A stretch of 64,000 nucleotides of DNA from an uncultured Bacilli bacterium (GTDB taxonomy: Bacteria; Bacillota_I; Bacilli_A; RFN20; CAG-826): assembly GCA_944336335.1 (NCBI GenBank), contig CALVLC010000029.1, positions 21,844-85,843 of the forward strand. The letters run 5' to 3'. The first letter of the stretch is position 1, and every line of letters begins with the position of its first letter. The notes beneath the pieces are model-generated. The model did not search any database, was not told where the DNA came from, and saw only the letters and a program-made list of their open reading frames with translations. Positions 1-9,358 of the stretch are shown here, in pieces. The translations under genes were made by a program, and so were the position numbers.

Positions 1-1264
1 CTCTATATCCTTCTTTTTGATATTCCTTAGCTTTATTTTTGTTTGCTTCCTCGTTTAAAACATATTCTGGTGCACCAAGTCGATATGTTTCATCATTTTC
101 AAAAGTAACTTCGCTATACTTAGTTTGTGATGAAAAAGCTTTAAAGTTTTTTACTGTTAAGATTTCTTCACTACCATATTTTTTAACAAGTGCTTTACCT
201 GTTTCGTTATTGTCTTTCATTGCATTAAAATATGATTTAAAAATCGTTTTTTCATTAAAATCCTGGAGTTTTACTAGGTTTTTGAATAAAAAGTGCTGAG
301 TTGTCAGAGTTCCAGTTTTATCTAAACAAAGTGTGTCGACTCTACTTAAATTCTCAATTGCATATAATTCTTGAACCATGGTTTGATGGCGATATAACTT
401 CACAATTGAGGTTGATAAAGTAATTGTTGAAAGCAAAATCATACCAATAGGAATCATACCAACTAAACTAGCTGCACATTTTGTTAAGACGTCTGGAGTA
501 AACACCCAATGTGGTCCACCAATTAAACTTTCACCAACATAAAACATTTTAATTCCGACAACTAAAACAACAGGAATTAAACAAAAAATTAAAATCTTAA
601 TAATTTTATGTATGTTAATTAGAAGTTCAGATTTCTTTTTTGTAATTGATGAAATCTTACCTTCAAGTTTAGCGATATAGGTTTCTTTACCAACTTTTTC
701 AGCAATTAAATAAGCATATCCATTTATTACAAAACTTCCTGATAAAACCAAATCGCCTTTTTTCTTTATTATTGGTTTACTTTCGCCAGTTAAATTACTT
801 TCATTAACTAAAAGTTCACCTTCCATAAGCCTTAAATCACAAGGCACTTCATTTCCGGATTTTAAAATTAATGTATCACCTAAAACTACATCTTCAAGTT
901 TAATATTTACTTCTTTTTCATCTCTAATTCCTAAACAAGTCGGACTAGTGATGAGCTTCATCTTTTCTAAAGTATGTTTTGAAGCTTCTTGCGAAACAAT
1001 GCTACACATGGCATTAAAAAAGATAACAAATAAAAATCCATATTTTGTTATTGGAACGTATTTAATTCCGTTTGGATAAAAAATCTGAAATAATAAGAAA
1101 ACTAAAGCTAAAATGTATAAAATTACATTAAAAAAAGTAAAGAAACTTTCACAAATAATTCTTAAATGCGATTTCCCTTTAACTTTTTCTCTATAATTTG
1201 TTTTATTTTGTCGGGTTAACTCTTCTACTTTTTCAAGAGTTAACCCTTTTTTATATGTTTCCAT
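1..1264 (-). CDS. P-type (E1-E2) cation-transporting ATPase, N-terminal part. The gene runs off the window start.
   Basis: My own translation of the minus strand is open from ATG 1264-1262 down to base 1. It contains the actuator motif NLTGESKP and the phosphorylation motif CLDKTGTLT (about 300-330). The start overlaps the stop of the upstream gene (TAATG). Confidence 0.85.
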   Translation of the reverse strand, partial: METYKKGLTLEKVEELTRQNKTNYREKVKGKSHLRIICESFFTFFNVILYILALVFLLFQIFYPNGIKYVPITKYGFLFVIFFNAMCSIVSQEASKHTLEKMKLITSPTCLGIRDEKEVNIKLEDVVLGDTLILKSGNEVPCDLRLMEGELLVNESNLTGESKPIIKKKGDLVLSGSFVINGYAYLIAEKVGKETYIAKLEGKISSITKKKSELLINIHKIIKILIFCLIPVVLVVGIKMFYVGESLIGGPHWVFTPDVLTKCAASLVGMIPIGMILLSTITLSTSIVKLYRHQTMVQELYAIENLSRVDTLCLDKTGTLTTQHFLFKNLVKLQDFNEKTIFKSYFNAMKDNNETGKALVKKYGSEEILTVKNFKAFSSQTKYSEVTFENDETYRLGAPEYVLNEEANKNKAKEYQKEGYR

Positions 1265-2607
1265 TAAATATCCAACTCAGCAACAACGAGTGAATCTATA
1301 TTTTCTTTTTTAGTAATATTTAATTTAACTTTATCTCCATTGAAATAAACTCTCTTACTCATTGTTTCTTTTCCGTGATTTATAAAAATTTCACAACTTG
1401 TTTTATCAAGTAAAACAAGCAAAGCTACTTCTTCATTATATTCAAAAATACTTGAATCAATTAAATCTCCACTTCTTAAATGCAATTTGTCTTTATAATA
1501 AAGAAGCTCTAGAACTATTTCTTCTTTTTCGTTAACAAATTCTATTTTACATTCATCAAAGGCTACAATTTTTAATAAACAAGTTGTGCTAATAAATCCA
1601 CCAAAATATTTAAATTGTTTTTTAACGTGTTTTTGAATTTCTTTATATGGTTTTTGTACTACAAAGCCATTTTCTATCGCTAAAAGTCGAGGGTAAGTAA
1701 AAATTCCACAACTTCTCAGATCGTTTGCTTGTTCAATTGGTTTATAATCCCAAGATTCAAACCACGAAATTAAAGCTAATTCGCTCTCTTTAGTTTTGAA
1801 AAGTTGAGGAGCATAAAAATCTCTTGATCTATCTAATTCACCACAAGTTAAGATAGCAAAGTAATTATTTTCGAGATCCATATCTAATACTAAATAACCA
1901 GTTGTATGAGTAACATTTCCATCATTGTCTTTTGCTATTTTCGAATAAACTAAAATGTAATTTTCGCCCAGTTTACCTATAGCTGGACATTCAACCATCT
2001 CACCAAAAACTTCGAGTGGTCCAATCTCAAACGCATATACAAAATTATCTAATGTTTTACTTTTTAAAACGATGACTTTGCCTAAATTTTCTTCTTTATC
2101 TTTACTTGCGATAAATAAATAATATGTATCTTTTTCTTTATAAATATATGGATCTCTAAAATTTTCAGTATCGTATAAAGGTAAGGTGTGTTCTTTAACT
2201 ATTTCTTTAAAATCAGTCGTAAAGTTATATCCATCATACGAAAAGCCTGCAGAAATAGACTCTTTTCTATAATTTGGTTTTTCAATATGCTTTGTAAAAA
2301 TTAAATGAATACCTTCTTCGTTGGAAATAACTGACCCACTAAATATGCCATCAACTTCTTTATTAGGAGCTAACGCGACTTTAAAGGAATCAAACTTCAA
2401 TAAATCTTTACTCTTAGCAACCCCAATAGAAATATCGTTCCAATAATTTTCATATGGATTATATTGGAAAAAGATTCGATAACTATCATTAAAATAAATT
2501 ATGCCGTTTGGATCATTAATCCACCCTTTAGGTGCATAAAAATGATACGAAGCAAGAGCTTCATCTTTTAATTTTACACTATTAATTTCGCTTACTTTTT
2601 CTTCCAT
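1264..2607 (-). CDS. Glycoside hydrolase family 32 (sucrose-6-phosphate hydrolase / beta-fructofuranosidase type)
   Basis: GH32 signature blocks are present: GWINDPNG, NFRDPYIY and MVECP. There is no signal peptide. Confidence 0.9.
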   Translation of the reverse strand: MEEKVSEINSVKLKDEALASYHFYAPKGWINDPNGIIYFNDSYRIFFQYNPYENYWNDISIGVAKSKDLLKFDSFKVALAPNKEVDGIFSGSVISNEEGIHLIFTKHIEKPNYRKESISAGFSYDGYNFTTDFKEIVKEHTLPLYDTENFRDPYIYKEKDTYYLFIASKDKEENLGKVIVLKSKTLDNFVYAFEIGPLEVFGEMVECPAIGKLGENYILVYSKIAKDNDGNVTHTTGYLVLDMDLENNYFAILTCGELDRSRDFYAPQLFKTKESELALISWFESWDYKPIEQANDLRSCGIFTYPRLLAIENGFVVQKPYKEIQKHVKKQFKYFGGFISTTCLLKIVAFDECKIEFVNEKEEIVLELLYYKDKLHLRSGDLIDSSIFEYNEEVALLVLLDKTSCEIFINHGKETMSKRVYFNGDKVKLNITKKENIDSLVVAELDI

Positions 2608-2653
2608 GAAAATATTGTATCATGTGAAAATCTAATTGTTATGACAAAATTAA

Positions 2654-2830
2654 TTATATCGCGTCAAACAATCTGCCTAAATCACTTTCTTTGAATTCAA
2701 AAAATTTGCCATCATCTGTCGAAATACTATATGTTCTAGCAAAACGATCAAGTTTATAAACAAAACCTTCGCCTCCGTCGTATTCGCCTTGATGATAAAT
2801 CTTAACTTTTTGATTTACCTTGAGTTTCAC
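2654..2830 (-). CDS. Small hypothetical protein (about 58 aa from the GTG start)
   Basis: The track ORF 2654-2875 starts at an ATG embedded in a TATAAT box and has no SD. An in-frame GTG at 2830 sits 10 nt downstream of AGGAG. No domain recognised. Confidence 0.4.
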   Translation of the reverse strand: MKLKVNQKVKIYHQGEYDGGEGFVYKLDRFARTYSISTDDGKFFEFKESDLGRLFDAI

Positions 2831-2969
2831 AATTATGCTGCTCCTTAAAAAATATATATTTAACGACAACCTCATTATAGCATTTTATTTTATTTTGCAA
2901 CGACGAGAAAAAATCATGAAGGGACTATTAAAATTACAATTAATTTACATTTTGTTTGCATCTTAAAAG

Positions 2970-4217
2970 TCATTTTTCAAAATACGCCATTATCAATTGT
3001 TTTACCTTATTCTCCATCTTCAAAAACTCAAGTTCAGGATATCGTGCAGCCATTATTTTAAGATGGATTAACTCATTTTCTTTATAATAATGGATTTCAT
3101 AATCTTTAGATAATTCTAAATAATTAACATCAATTCGATTGTTCTCATTATAGTATTTAAGTAACTTCTTCTCTCTTTTATCTAAATTAGTAATCCTTTC
3201 TTCTTTGATGTTTTTATTATCAATTAAATAAACATAGTAAGAATCTTGAAGTTTATAAGCTATCGAAATGATTTGAGACATATCAAGATTTGGATTTTCT
3301 TTAGCTGTTTTCTTTAAAGCTTCTAAAAGAGAATAATTCTCGTTTTGAATTAAAGAAGCAAAATCACTAGTTACTTCAGCTTTATTCTTTGGCTTTTTAT
3401 GAGTCGCCTTATACTCTTTTATAAAGTTAGGATCAATAAAAGCCTTTAAAATAGGAACTTTAATAAACATATTTAAAAAACTGACGAGTTTATTAAATGA
3501 TTTTTCTACTTCTTCGTCGTTTAAATCATAATAACGATGTTTCTTATTTTTTAACCTAACGTCGATATAATTAGTTAAATCAGTATTTCGTTTTAAAGCT
3601 TTACTTGAAAGCTTTAAAACTTTATTGAAGTAATAAGTAAAGAAAGAAAAGTTTGCAAATATATTAAAAGATAAGTCATTTACTTTAAAATAATTATCTA
3701 GTTCATAAACCGTAACATCTACTTCATAGTTATTATCTAAAACTTTGTCTGAAGAAATAATGATTTTACCAAGATCTGAGTAGACCATGCATTTTTCAAT
3801 ATAATTCGTTTTATAACTTCTATCTTTGTCGAGCATATCTTCTTTAACTTTAAATTTGAATAATGGTTTTGCTTGAAACATTCTTGCTAAATCAGAAATA
3901 AATTCGTTAAAGAAAATAGGGAAATGAGAATAACCATTTAAATCAAAATTATCGTTTGAATTTATAAAATATCCTTCAAGTCGATAATCAATCTGTTCTT
4001 TTATAGGAAAAGGATACGCATTATCAATGGTTAAATCACTAAATTCATATTTATTGAAAATATCAATAATGCTGTTTTGATTAACCTTATAATCTTTGTG
4101 GTCGCCTTTAATTCGTAAAATATAGTTCCCATCTTCTTGAAGATTGATTTCAAATGCTTTTGTCTTTTCTACGCTACCTAATTCGTTATATTTAAATGAT
4201 TTTAATATTTTGGACAT
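2970..4217 (-). CDS. Hypothetical protein, 415 aa, no recognisable domain
   Basis: Long uninterrupted ORF that is Lys/Asn/Tyr-rich. No TM segments or motifs that I recognise. Confidence 0.55.
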   Translation of the reverse strand: MSKILKSFKYNELGSVEKTKAFEINLQEDGNYILRIKGDHKDYKVNQNSIIDIFNKYEFSDLTIDNAYPFPIKEQIDYRLEGYFINSNDNFDLNGYSHFPIFFNEFISDLARMFQAKPLFKFKVKEDMLDKDRSYKTNYIEKCMVYSDLGKIIISSDKVLDNNYEVDVTVYELDNYFKVNDLSFNIFANFSFFTYYFNKVLKLSSKALKRNTDLTNYIDVRLKNKKHRYYDLNDEEVEKSFNKLVSFLNMFIKVPILKAFIDPNFIKEYKATHKKPKNKAEVTSDFASLIQNENYSLLEALKKTAKENPNLDMSQIISIAYKLQDSYYVYLIDNKNIKEERITNLDKREKKLLKYYNENNRIDVNYLELSKDYEIHYYKENELIHLKIMAARYPELEFLKMENKVKQLIMAYFEK

Positions 4218-4273
4218 ATTTTATACCTCAAATGGTTATATTTTTTATCATTATACTATAATTTAGTGAATAT

Positions 4274-4299
4274 TAAAAATCCGCCCACAAGAGGCGGAT
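4274..4299 (-). terminator. Rho-independent terminator after the DtxR-family regulator gene
   Basis: On the minus strand: CCGCCTCTTGTGGGCGG followed by ATTTTT. Confidence 0.75.
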
Positions 4300-4324
4300 G
4301 ATAGATCAATAAATTCTCTTATTC

Positions 4325-4690
4325 TTATTTATTAATATATTTTCTTAAACAATCAAAGGTTTCATCACTTAGATCATGTTCAATCTTACATGCATCATCA
4401 GCAGCAACTTCCGGATTAACTCCAATAGAAATGAAAAAATCTCTTAATGTGCAATGTTTCTCATATGTTTTTTGAGCGATTTCTAAGCCTTCTTTAGTAA
4501 GATTTAAAAAACCAGTTTCATGACTTACTTCGACTAAGCCTTTATCTTCAAGTTTTTTCATGGCTATTGAAATCGAAGGTTTGCTAAAACTCATATCGTT
4601 TGCTAAATCTATTGAACGAACATTACCGATTCTTTCTTTTAAAATTAATATTCTCTCTAAGTAATCTTCTAATGATTGGTTGTTTTTCAT
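4325..4690 (-). CDS. DtxR/MntR-family metal-dependent transcriptional regulator (short form, no SH3 domain)
   Basis: N-terminal LEDYLERI metal/HTH region, the SKPSISIAMKKLEDKGLV winged HTH, and a C-terminal DACKIEHDLS metal-site motif. Confidence 0.85.
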   Translation of the reverse strand: MKNNQSLEDYLERILILKERIGNVRSIDLANDMSFSKPSISIAMKKLEDKGLVEVSHETGFLNLTKEGLEIAQKTYEKHCTLRDFFISIGVNPEVAADDACKIEHDLSDETFDCLRKYINK

Positions 4691-4717
4691 TCTTCTTCCT
4701 CGCTATCAATTTTCTTT

Positions 4718-4745
4718 ATTATAATACTTAAATTTTCTTTATCAA
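4718..4745 (-). promoter_or_regulatory. Candidate sigma-A promoter of the regulator gene (TTGATA-N16-TATAAT)
   Basis: The -35 is at 4745-4740 and the -10 at 4723-4718 on the minus strand. Confidence 0.45.
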
Positions 4746-4765
4746 AACAGTTGCTTATTATATTG

Positions 4766-4783
4766 AGTTAGTATAAACTAACT
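4766..4783. promoter_or_regulatory. 18-bp palindrome AGTTAGTATAAACTAACT, a candidate operator
   Basis: Perfect 7-bp arms (AGTTAGT/ACTAACT) with a 4-bp spacer, upstream of the regulator promoter. Confidence 0.4.
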
Positions 4784-4843
4784 ATAGTAATTTAATTAAG
4801 CTTTATCCTTAATTCTCCTTATCTAGTTAAATTACGTTTCCTT

Positions 4844-4870
4844 AAGATGAGCAATAGCTCATCTTTTTTT
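4844..4870. terminator. 9-bp-stem hairpin between the ECF ATPase gene and the regulator gene. The T-tract is on the plus strand.
   Basis: AAGATGAGC-aata-GCTCATCTT followed by TTTTT on the plus strand. On the minus (gene) strand the run is an upstream A-tract. Confidence 0.4.
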
Positions 4871-4871
4871 C

Positions 4872-6281
4872 TTAATAACGGAAATATTCTTTAACTAATG
4901 ACTTATCACCTTCAATTAAAAAGTCCGCTTTTTTTAAAAGTAAAGCTCTATCGCATAGTGCTTCAGCACATCTTTTATCATGTGTAATAGTAATCATTGT
5001 GTTGCCAGTTTCTTCATGGATCTTATTTAATATTTCGACTAATTTTTTTAAAGAATTGTAGTCTTGACCAACTGTTGGTTCATCAAGTAAAAGAACCTCA
5101 GGTTTCATCGCTAAAATTGTAGCGATTGTAACTTTTCTTTTTTGTCCTTCAGAGAGTGATTGAGGATGTCTATCGCATAATTTTTCTAACGAGAAAAGTT
5201 TAATAATATAATCAGCATAATCTTTATTAAAGGCATTAAAGTAAATTTCATCTTTAACAGTTTTCATAAAGAGTTGATAGTTAGGATTTTGATAAATTAC
5301 ACCAACCTTTTTAAACCATTTTTTGTCTGGCTTGTTTAGTGTTTTTTCACCATCTTTTAAATAAGAAACATATCCACTTTTAACTTTGTTTAACTTAGCA
5401 ATCACTCGCATTAAAGTTGTTTTGCCAATGCCATTTTCACCGAGCAGCAATGCTCTTTCTCCTTGATAAATATCAAAGCTTAGGTTTGATAAAATTGTTT
5501 TATCTTTAACCGAATAATTTATATCTTTAAAAGAAAATATTGGGTTTTTGCAATGTTTTTGATTAATATCATTGATTATTATGCGTTTAATTTCTTCTTG
5601 ATTATATGTCGAAATGTCCATTTCAATAACGCTTTTATTTTCAATTTTTAATATTTTAGAAACATAAGGTTTAATTAAATCAATACGATGTTCAGCAACA
5701 ATTACAGTAAAACCTTTTTTCGTTAACGATAAAAGTATACGCATTAAATCAATGGAGGATTCTTCGTCTAAATTAGCTAGTGGCTCATCTAAAATTATAA
5801 TTTTTTGACCCATTAAAAGAGTTGAACCAGTTATCAATTTTTGCTTTTGTCCGCCTGATAATTTCCTGCAAACTGCTTTTCTATCAAGTTTAAAAATTTT
5901 ACTTATTAATGATATTTTTTGTTCAATAGTTTCTTTCTTTAAACCTAAGTTTTCTCCGCCAAAAGCTAGTTCGTCTTCAACATATTTTTCTATTATTTGA
6001 TTGTCAGCATTTTGTAAAACAATTCCAACATCTATACAAATTTCACTAACTTTTTTATTGATGATATTTCTATCATTAATATCAATTTCACCACTTGCTT
6101 CACCATAAATCAAATTAGGGATAATTCCACTTAACAAATAAATTAAAGTAGACTTTCCTTCACCACTTCCGCCTGTTAAAAGAACAAATTCACCTTCATT
6201 AATTGAAAAATTAACCGCTTTTAAAACGTATTCATCAGCATATTTAAAAGAAAGATTTTTAACGTCGATTACTTTTTTCAT
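4872..6281 (-). CDS. ECF-transporter ATPase, fused duplicated ABC domains (EcfA-EcfA' type)
   Basis: Two Walker A sites (GGSGEGKST, GENGIGKTT), two LSGGQ-type signatures (LSGGQKQK, LSEGQKRK) and two Walker B sites (ILDEP, LLDEP). Confidence 0.85.
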   Translation of the reverse strand: MKKVIDVKNLSFKYADEYVLKAVNFSINEGEFVLLTGGSGEGKSTLIYLLSGIIPNLIYGEASGEIDINDRNIINKKVSEICIDVGIVLQNADNQIIEKYVEDELAFGGENLGLKKETIEQKISLISKIFKLDRKAVCRKLSGGQKQKLITGSTLLMGQKIIILDEPLANLDEESSIDLMRILLSLTKKGFTVIVAEHRIDLIKPYVSKILKIENKSVIEMDISTYNQEEIKRIIINDINQKHCKNPIFSFKDINYSVKDKTILSNLSFDIYQGERALLLGENGIGKTTLMRVIAKLNKVKSGYVSYLKDGEKTLNKPDKKWFKKVGVIYQNPNYQLFMKTVKDEIYFNAFNKDYADYIIKLFSLEKLCDRHPQSLSEGQKRKVTIATILAMKPEVLLLDEPTVGQDYNSLKKLVEILNKIHEETGNTMITITHDKRCAEALCDRALLLKKADFLIEGDKSLVKEYFRY

Positions 6282-6958
6282 AAAACAGTCACCAAAACAA
6301 TAATTGCGATAATTGCGAGCAAAAACAAAACATCATATATTGTTAAATATTCTTTTCGATAAATTGTATAGTTCTTGCTTTTTAAGTCAAAACCACGAGT
6401 TTCAATGCTTAACGATAAGGTATCACTTATATCAACAATTCTTGTTATAAAAGGTATCAAAAATGCTCTATATAAAACTTTTGGATTCAAAATATTATAG
6501 CTTCCTCTAGTTTTCATCGCTTCTTTTATTCTTTTAATTTCTTCAGTTAAGGTTGGCATAAAAGAAAACACAATTAATAAACCAATAACCATTCCTCTAG
6601 GCATACGAATTTGAGATAAATTTCTAGTCAATCTTTCAGCTCCAACACTCATTCCAGGTAACATTCCAACAGTAAAAGAAGCAATTCTATTTACCATGAA
6701 AACAGATTGATCAATACTACTCGAACTCAAATATGTAAAAAGAAAGAAAAAAGAGCCAAATATCGCTAAGAATATAAGTCCTTTCAAACAAGTTTTATAG
6801 TTGATGAAAAGAAAAGAAAGTAAATAAACCGCTACTAAAAAATAGGTACATTCATAGTGTTGAGCATAAACTAAACCAAAAATTACTATTGTTAAACCTG
6901 TTAAAATAGCTAAAAGCGGATAAAGATTGTTGTATTTATAAGTTAAGAAATTTCTCAC
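6278..6958 (-). CDS. ECF-transporter transmembrane T component (CbiQ/EcfT family)
   Basis: Polytopic membrane protein with two coupling Arg-Gly motifs (AMKTRG, SIETRGF). A 4-nt overlap on both sides. Confidence 0.8.
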   Translation of the reverse strand: MRNFLTYKYNNLYPLLAILTGLTIVIFGLVYAQHYECTYFLVAVYLLSFLFINYKTCLKGLIFLAIFGSFFFLFTYLSSSSIDQSVFMVNRIASFTVGMLPGMSVGAERLTRNLSQIRMPRGMVIGLLIVFSFMPTLTEEIKRIKEAMKTRGSYNILNPKVLYRAFLIPFITRIVDISDTLSLSIETRGFDLKSKNYTIYRKEYLTIYDVLFLLAIIAIIVLVTVL

Positions 6959-7659
6959 TTCTTAATAACTCCAGCTTTCTTTAATTCTCTTGTAACAATA
7001 ATCCCAATAAATGCACCTAATGCACAAACCGCAATAACAGCAACGCTCATTCCAATTGCTGTTCCAACATCACTTCCTATAAAAGCACTGACTGCTTCGC
7101 CTTCTTCACCAGTAAATGAATAGAAAAATTTATACCATAAATATAAAAATGGTAAGGTAAGAGGCATATATAAAGTTGCAGCAAAAAATGAAGCCCAGTC
7201 AGATTTATATCCTCTGAAAATTAAAAGAGTTAAAGCTTCACAAATTAGTGCACATAATAAAAGACAAAAGCACATAATAGTGTTCATAAAAATTAGAACT
7301 ATCCCACTAAAAAACGACATGAATAAAAGTGCGCCTGGTTTTCTAACTTTCATCATTCCTATTGCAGGAAATAAAGAAAACTGAACCCCTAAACAAAGTT
7401 CAATAATTCCAAATATTGGAATGTTTGAAACTAAAGGCATGAAGGCACCAGTTAAAAGCATAATTGCGCTAATTATTGCTAAAAATACAACATCTTTTAT
7501 CTTGTATTTTTGAAAGATTTTTTCTTTATTTTGGCTACTTTCTTTATCAATAACCTCGCAATTCTCAACTATTTTTCCTGCTTTAGTGTCAGTTTCTTCA
7601 TTTTCAATAGAACTTAATTTATCTATTAATTCGTCAATTTTATTATTATTTTCGCTCAT
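6955..7659 (-). CDS. Putative ECF S component (Trep_Strep / MptD-like) with a ~60-aa acidic N-terminal extension
   Basis: About 170-aa strongly hydrophobic core ending in a basic tail, RELKKAGVIKK. Its position is immediately 5' of the T and A genes. Confidence 0.55.
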   Translation of the reverse strand: MSENNNKIDELIDKLSSIENEETDTKAGKIVENCEVIDKESSQNKEKIFQKYKIKDVVFLAIISAIMLLTGAFMPLVSNIPIFGIIELCLGVQFSLFPAIGMMKVRKPGALLFMSFFSGIVLIFMNTIMCFCLLLCALICEALTLLIFRGYKSDWASFFAATLYMPLTLPFLYLWYKFFYSFTGEEGEAVSAFIGSDVGTAIGMSVAVIAVCALGAFIGIIVTRELKKAGVIKK

Positions 7660-9358
7660 TGTTCTTCACCTCAATTAATGTATTATTTTCAAAACGATAT
7701 ATTCTATCAGTTATAGCCATAGTAGAATCTCTATGCGAAACAAGTATAATCGCATGGTCTTTTTTAGCATCTAAAATAGACTTTAAGATAACGCCTTCAT
7801 TTATTGCGTCGACATTACTTGTTGGTTCATCAAGTAATATCATTGGAGCATCTTTTAAGAAAGCCCTAGCAAGTCCTAACCTTTGTTTTTCACCACTTGA
7901 TAAATTGTCTCCCATGGATTCAACTTCACTTTTATAACCACTAGGAAGACTTTCAATGAAAGTGTGAATATTTGCTTTTCTAGTAGCATTAACAACTTCA
8001 TTAAAACTTGCATTTTCGTCTGCTACTTTAATGTTTTCTAAAATGCTTTCGTTAAATAAATAAGTAGATTGTAGAACAATACTTACATTATCTTTTAATG
8101 AATTAGAATTAATTTCATCGATATCAATTCCGTTATATAAAATCTTTCCGCTATCTTTTTGATAAAATCTTAAAAGAAGATTTAATATTGTTGATTTTCC
8201 GCTTCCACTTGGACCAACAATTCCGATGATTTCTCCTTTTTTGATCTCAAAATTGACATTTTTAATTAATTCTTCATCCTTCTTAAAAGAAAAATTTAAA
8301 TTTTCTACTTTTAAGCTTTCAAAACTAAAGTTCTTACCATTTTTAATTTCATTAACAACAGGTTTTTCTTCAAGAAGATTTAAAACTCTATCTCCACTTG
8401 CAAAAGTTTGAGTTAAATTAGAAGGTAAATTTGAGATTGCAAGAACAGGGCCAAAACTACCAGAAACAGCAACTACTCCAACAATCATATTACCTAGTTC
8501 TAGTTGATTATTATAAAAAAGAATTAGTCCAATTCCTAAAGAAAGGACAATAAAAATGGCAACTGTTAATTCTGTAATTGCCATAATTAAAGCATTTTTA
8601 TTTTTCATTGATTTTGTAATCTTTAAAAGTTCTTCACTCTTTTCATTTACAACGTTAATTCTTTCTTTTTCTTTATTATGAAAAATGATTTCTTTTATAC
8701 CTTTGATTGAATCAAGAAAATATGAGTTAAATGAAGAAAAGCTAGAACGATATTTAACTCCACTCTCCTTTAAAAATTTTGAATAAATTAAAGGTAAAAC
8801 AATACCAATTAATATAAATCCAATTAAAAGGACTAGAGATAGATACCAACTAGACATAAAGCCGACAAAAAGAAGTACAGTTAGAGAAACTAACAAAGCA
8901 ATACATATTGGTGAAATAGTATGCGCATAAAATACTTCAAGTGTTTCAATGTCAGCAGTTAATATTGCAATTAAATTTCCTTTTTGTTTCTGGTTTAAAG
9001 TCTCTTGATCCAAAGTACGTAACTTAGCAAAGATTTTTGTTCTAAATATCTCTAAGATTTTAAATGCAATATAGTGGTTTGAATATTGCTCGAAATATCT
9101 CAAAACTCCACGTAAAATACCAAAAGCAATAGCTAGTCCAATAATCCACTCATAAGATATAAAGATCTCAGCCCCTAAAAATTTTGCAACACCAAGTGCC
9201 CCAAAAATTGTGACGCCCATAGATGAAATAAAACCTAAGGTACCATTAAAAACTGCTAAAATCATTACTAAAGCAAACGGCCCAAGTAATTGAATTAATT
9301 TAAGCATTATTAAAAGACCGCTTCTTCTTAACTTATTACGCATTTTCAAGTACCTCAC
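7646..9358 (-). CDS. ABC exporter half-transporter (TMD-NBD fusion, CydC/MptB-like)
   Basis: Six-TM N-terminal domain, Walker A GPSGSGKST, signature LSSGEKQR, Walker B ILLDEPTS. Confidence 0.85.
   Translation of the reverse strand: MRYLKMRNKLRRSGLLIMLKLIQLLGPFALVMILAVFNGTLGFISSMGVTIFGALGVAKFLGAEIFISYEWIIGLAIAFGILRGVLRYFEQYSNHYIAFKILEIFRTKIFAKLRTLDQETLNQKQKGNLIAILTADIETLEVFYAHTISPICIALLVSLTVLLFVGFMSSWYLSLVLLIGFILIGIVLPLIYSKFLKESGVKYRSSFSSFNSYFLDSIKGIKEIIFHNKEKERINVVNEKSEELLKITKSMKNKNALIMAITELTVAIFIVLSLGIGLILFYNNQLELGNMIVGVVAVSGSFGPVLAISNLPSNLTQTFASGDRVLNLLEEKPVVNEIKNGKNFSFESLKVENLNFSFKKDEELIKNVNFEIKKGEIIGIVGPSGSGKSTILNLLLRFYQKDSGKILYNGIDIDEINSNSLKDNVSIVLQSTYLFNESILENIKVADENASFNEVVNATRKANIHTFIESLPSGYKSEVESMGDNLSSGEKQRLGLARAFLKDAPMILLDEPTSNVDAINEGVILKSILDAKKDHAIILVSHRDSTMAITDRIYRFENNTLIEVKNNERK

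Noticed and set aside
39-299. Plus-strand 86-aa ORF at the window start, together with many similar 60-130-aa ORFs antisense to long genes (for example 7659-7937, 9640-9876, 13608-14006, 21359-21788, 43082-43396, 45444-45728, 46901-47191, 50096-50332, 53527-53763).
   Set aside because: Each lies entirely inside a well-supported gene on the opposite strand. They have low-complexity Ser/Leu/Phe/Ile-rich composition typical of antisense frames in AT-rich DNA, and they lack SD sequences.
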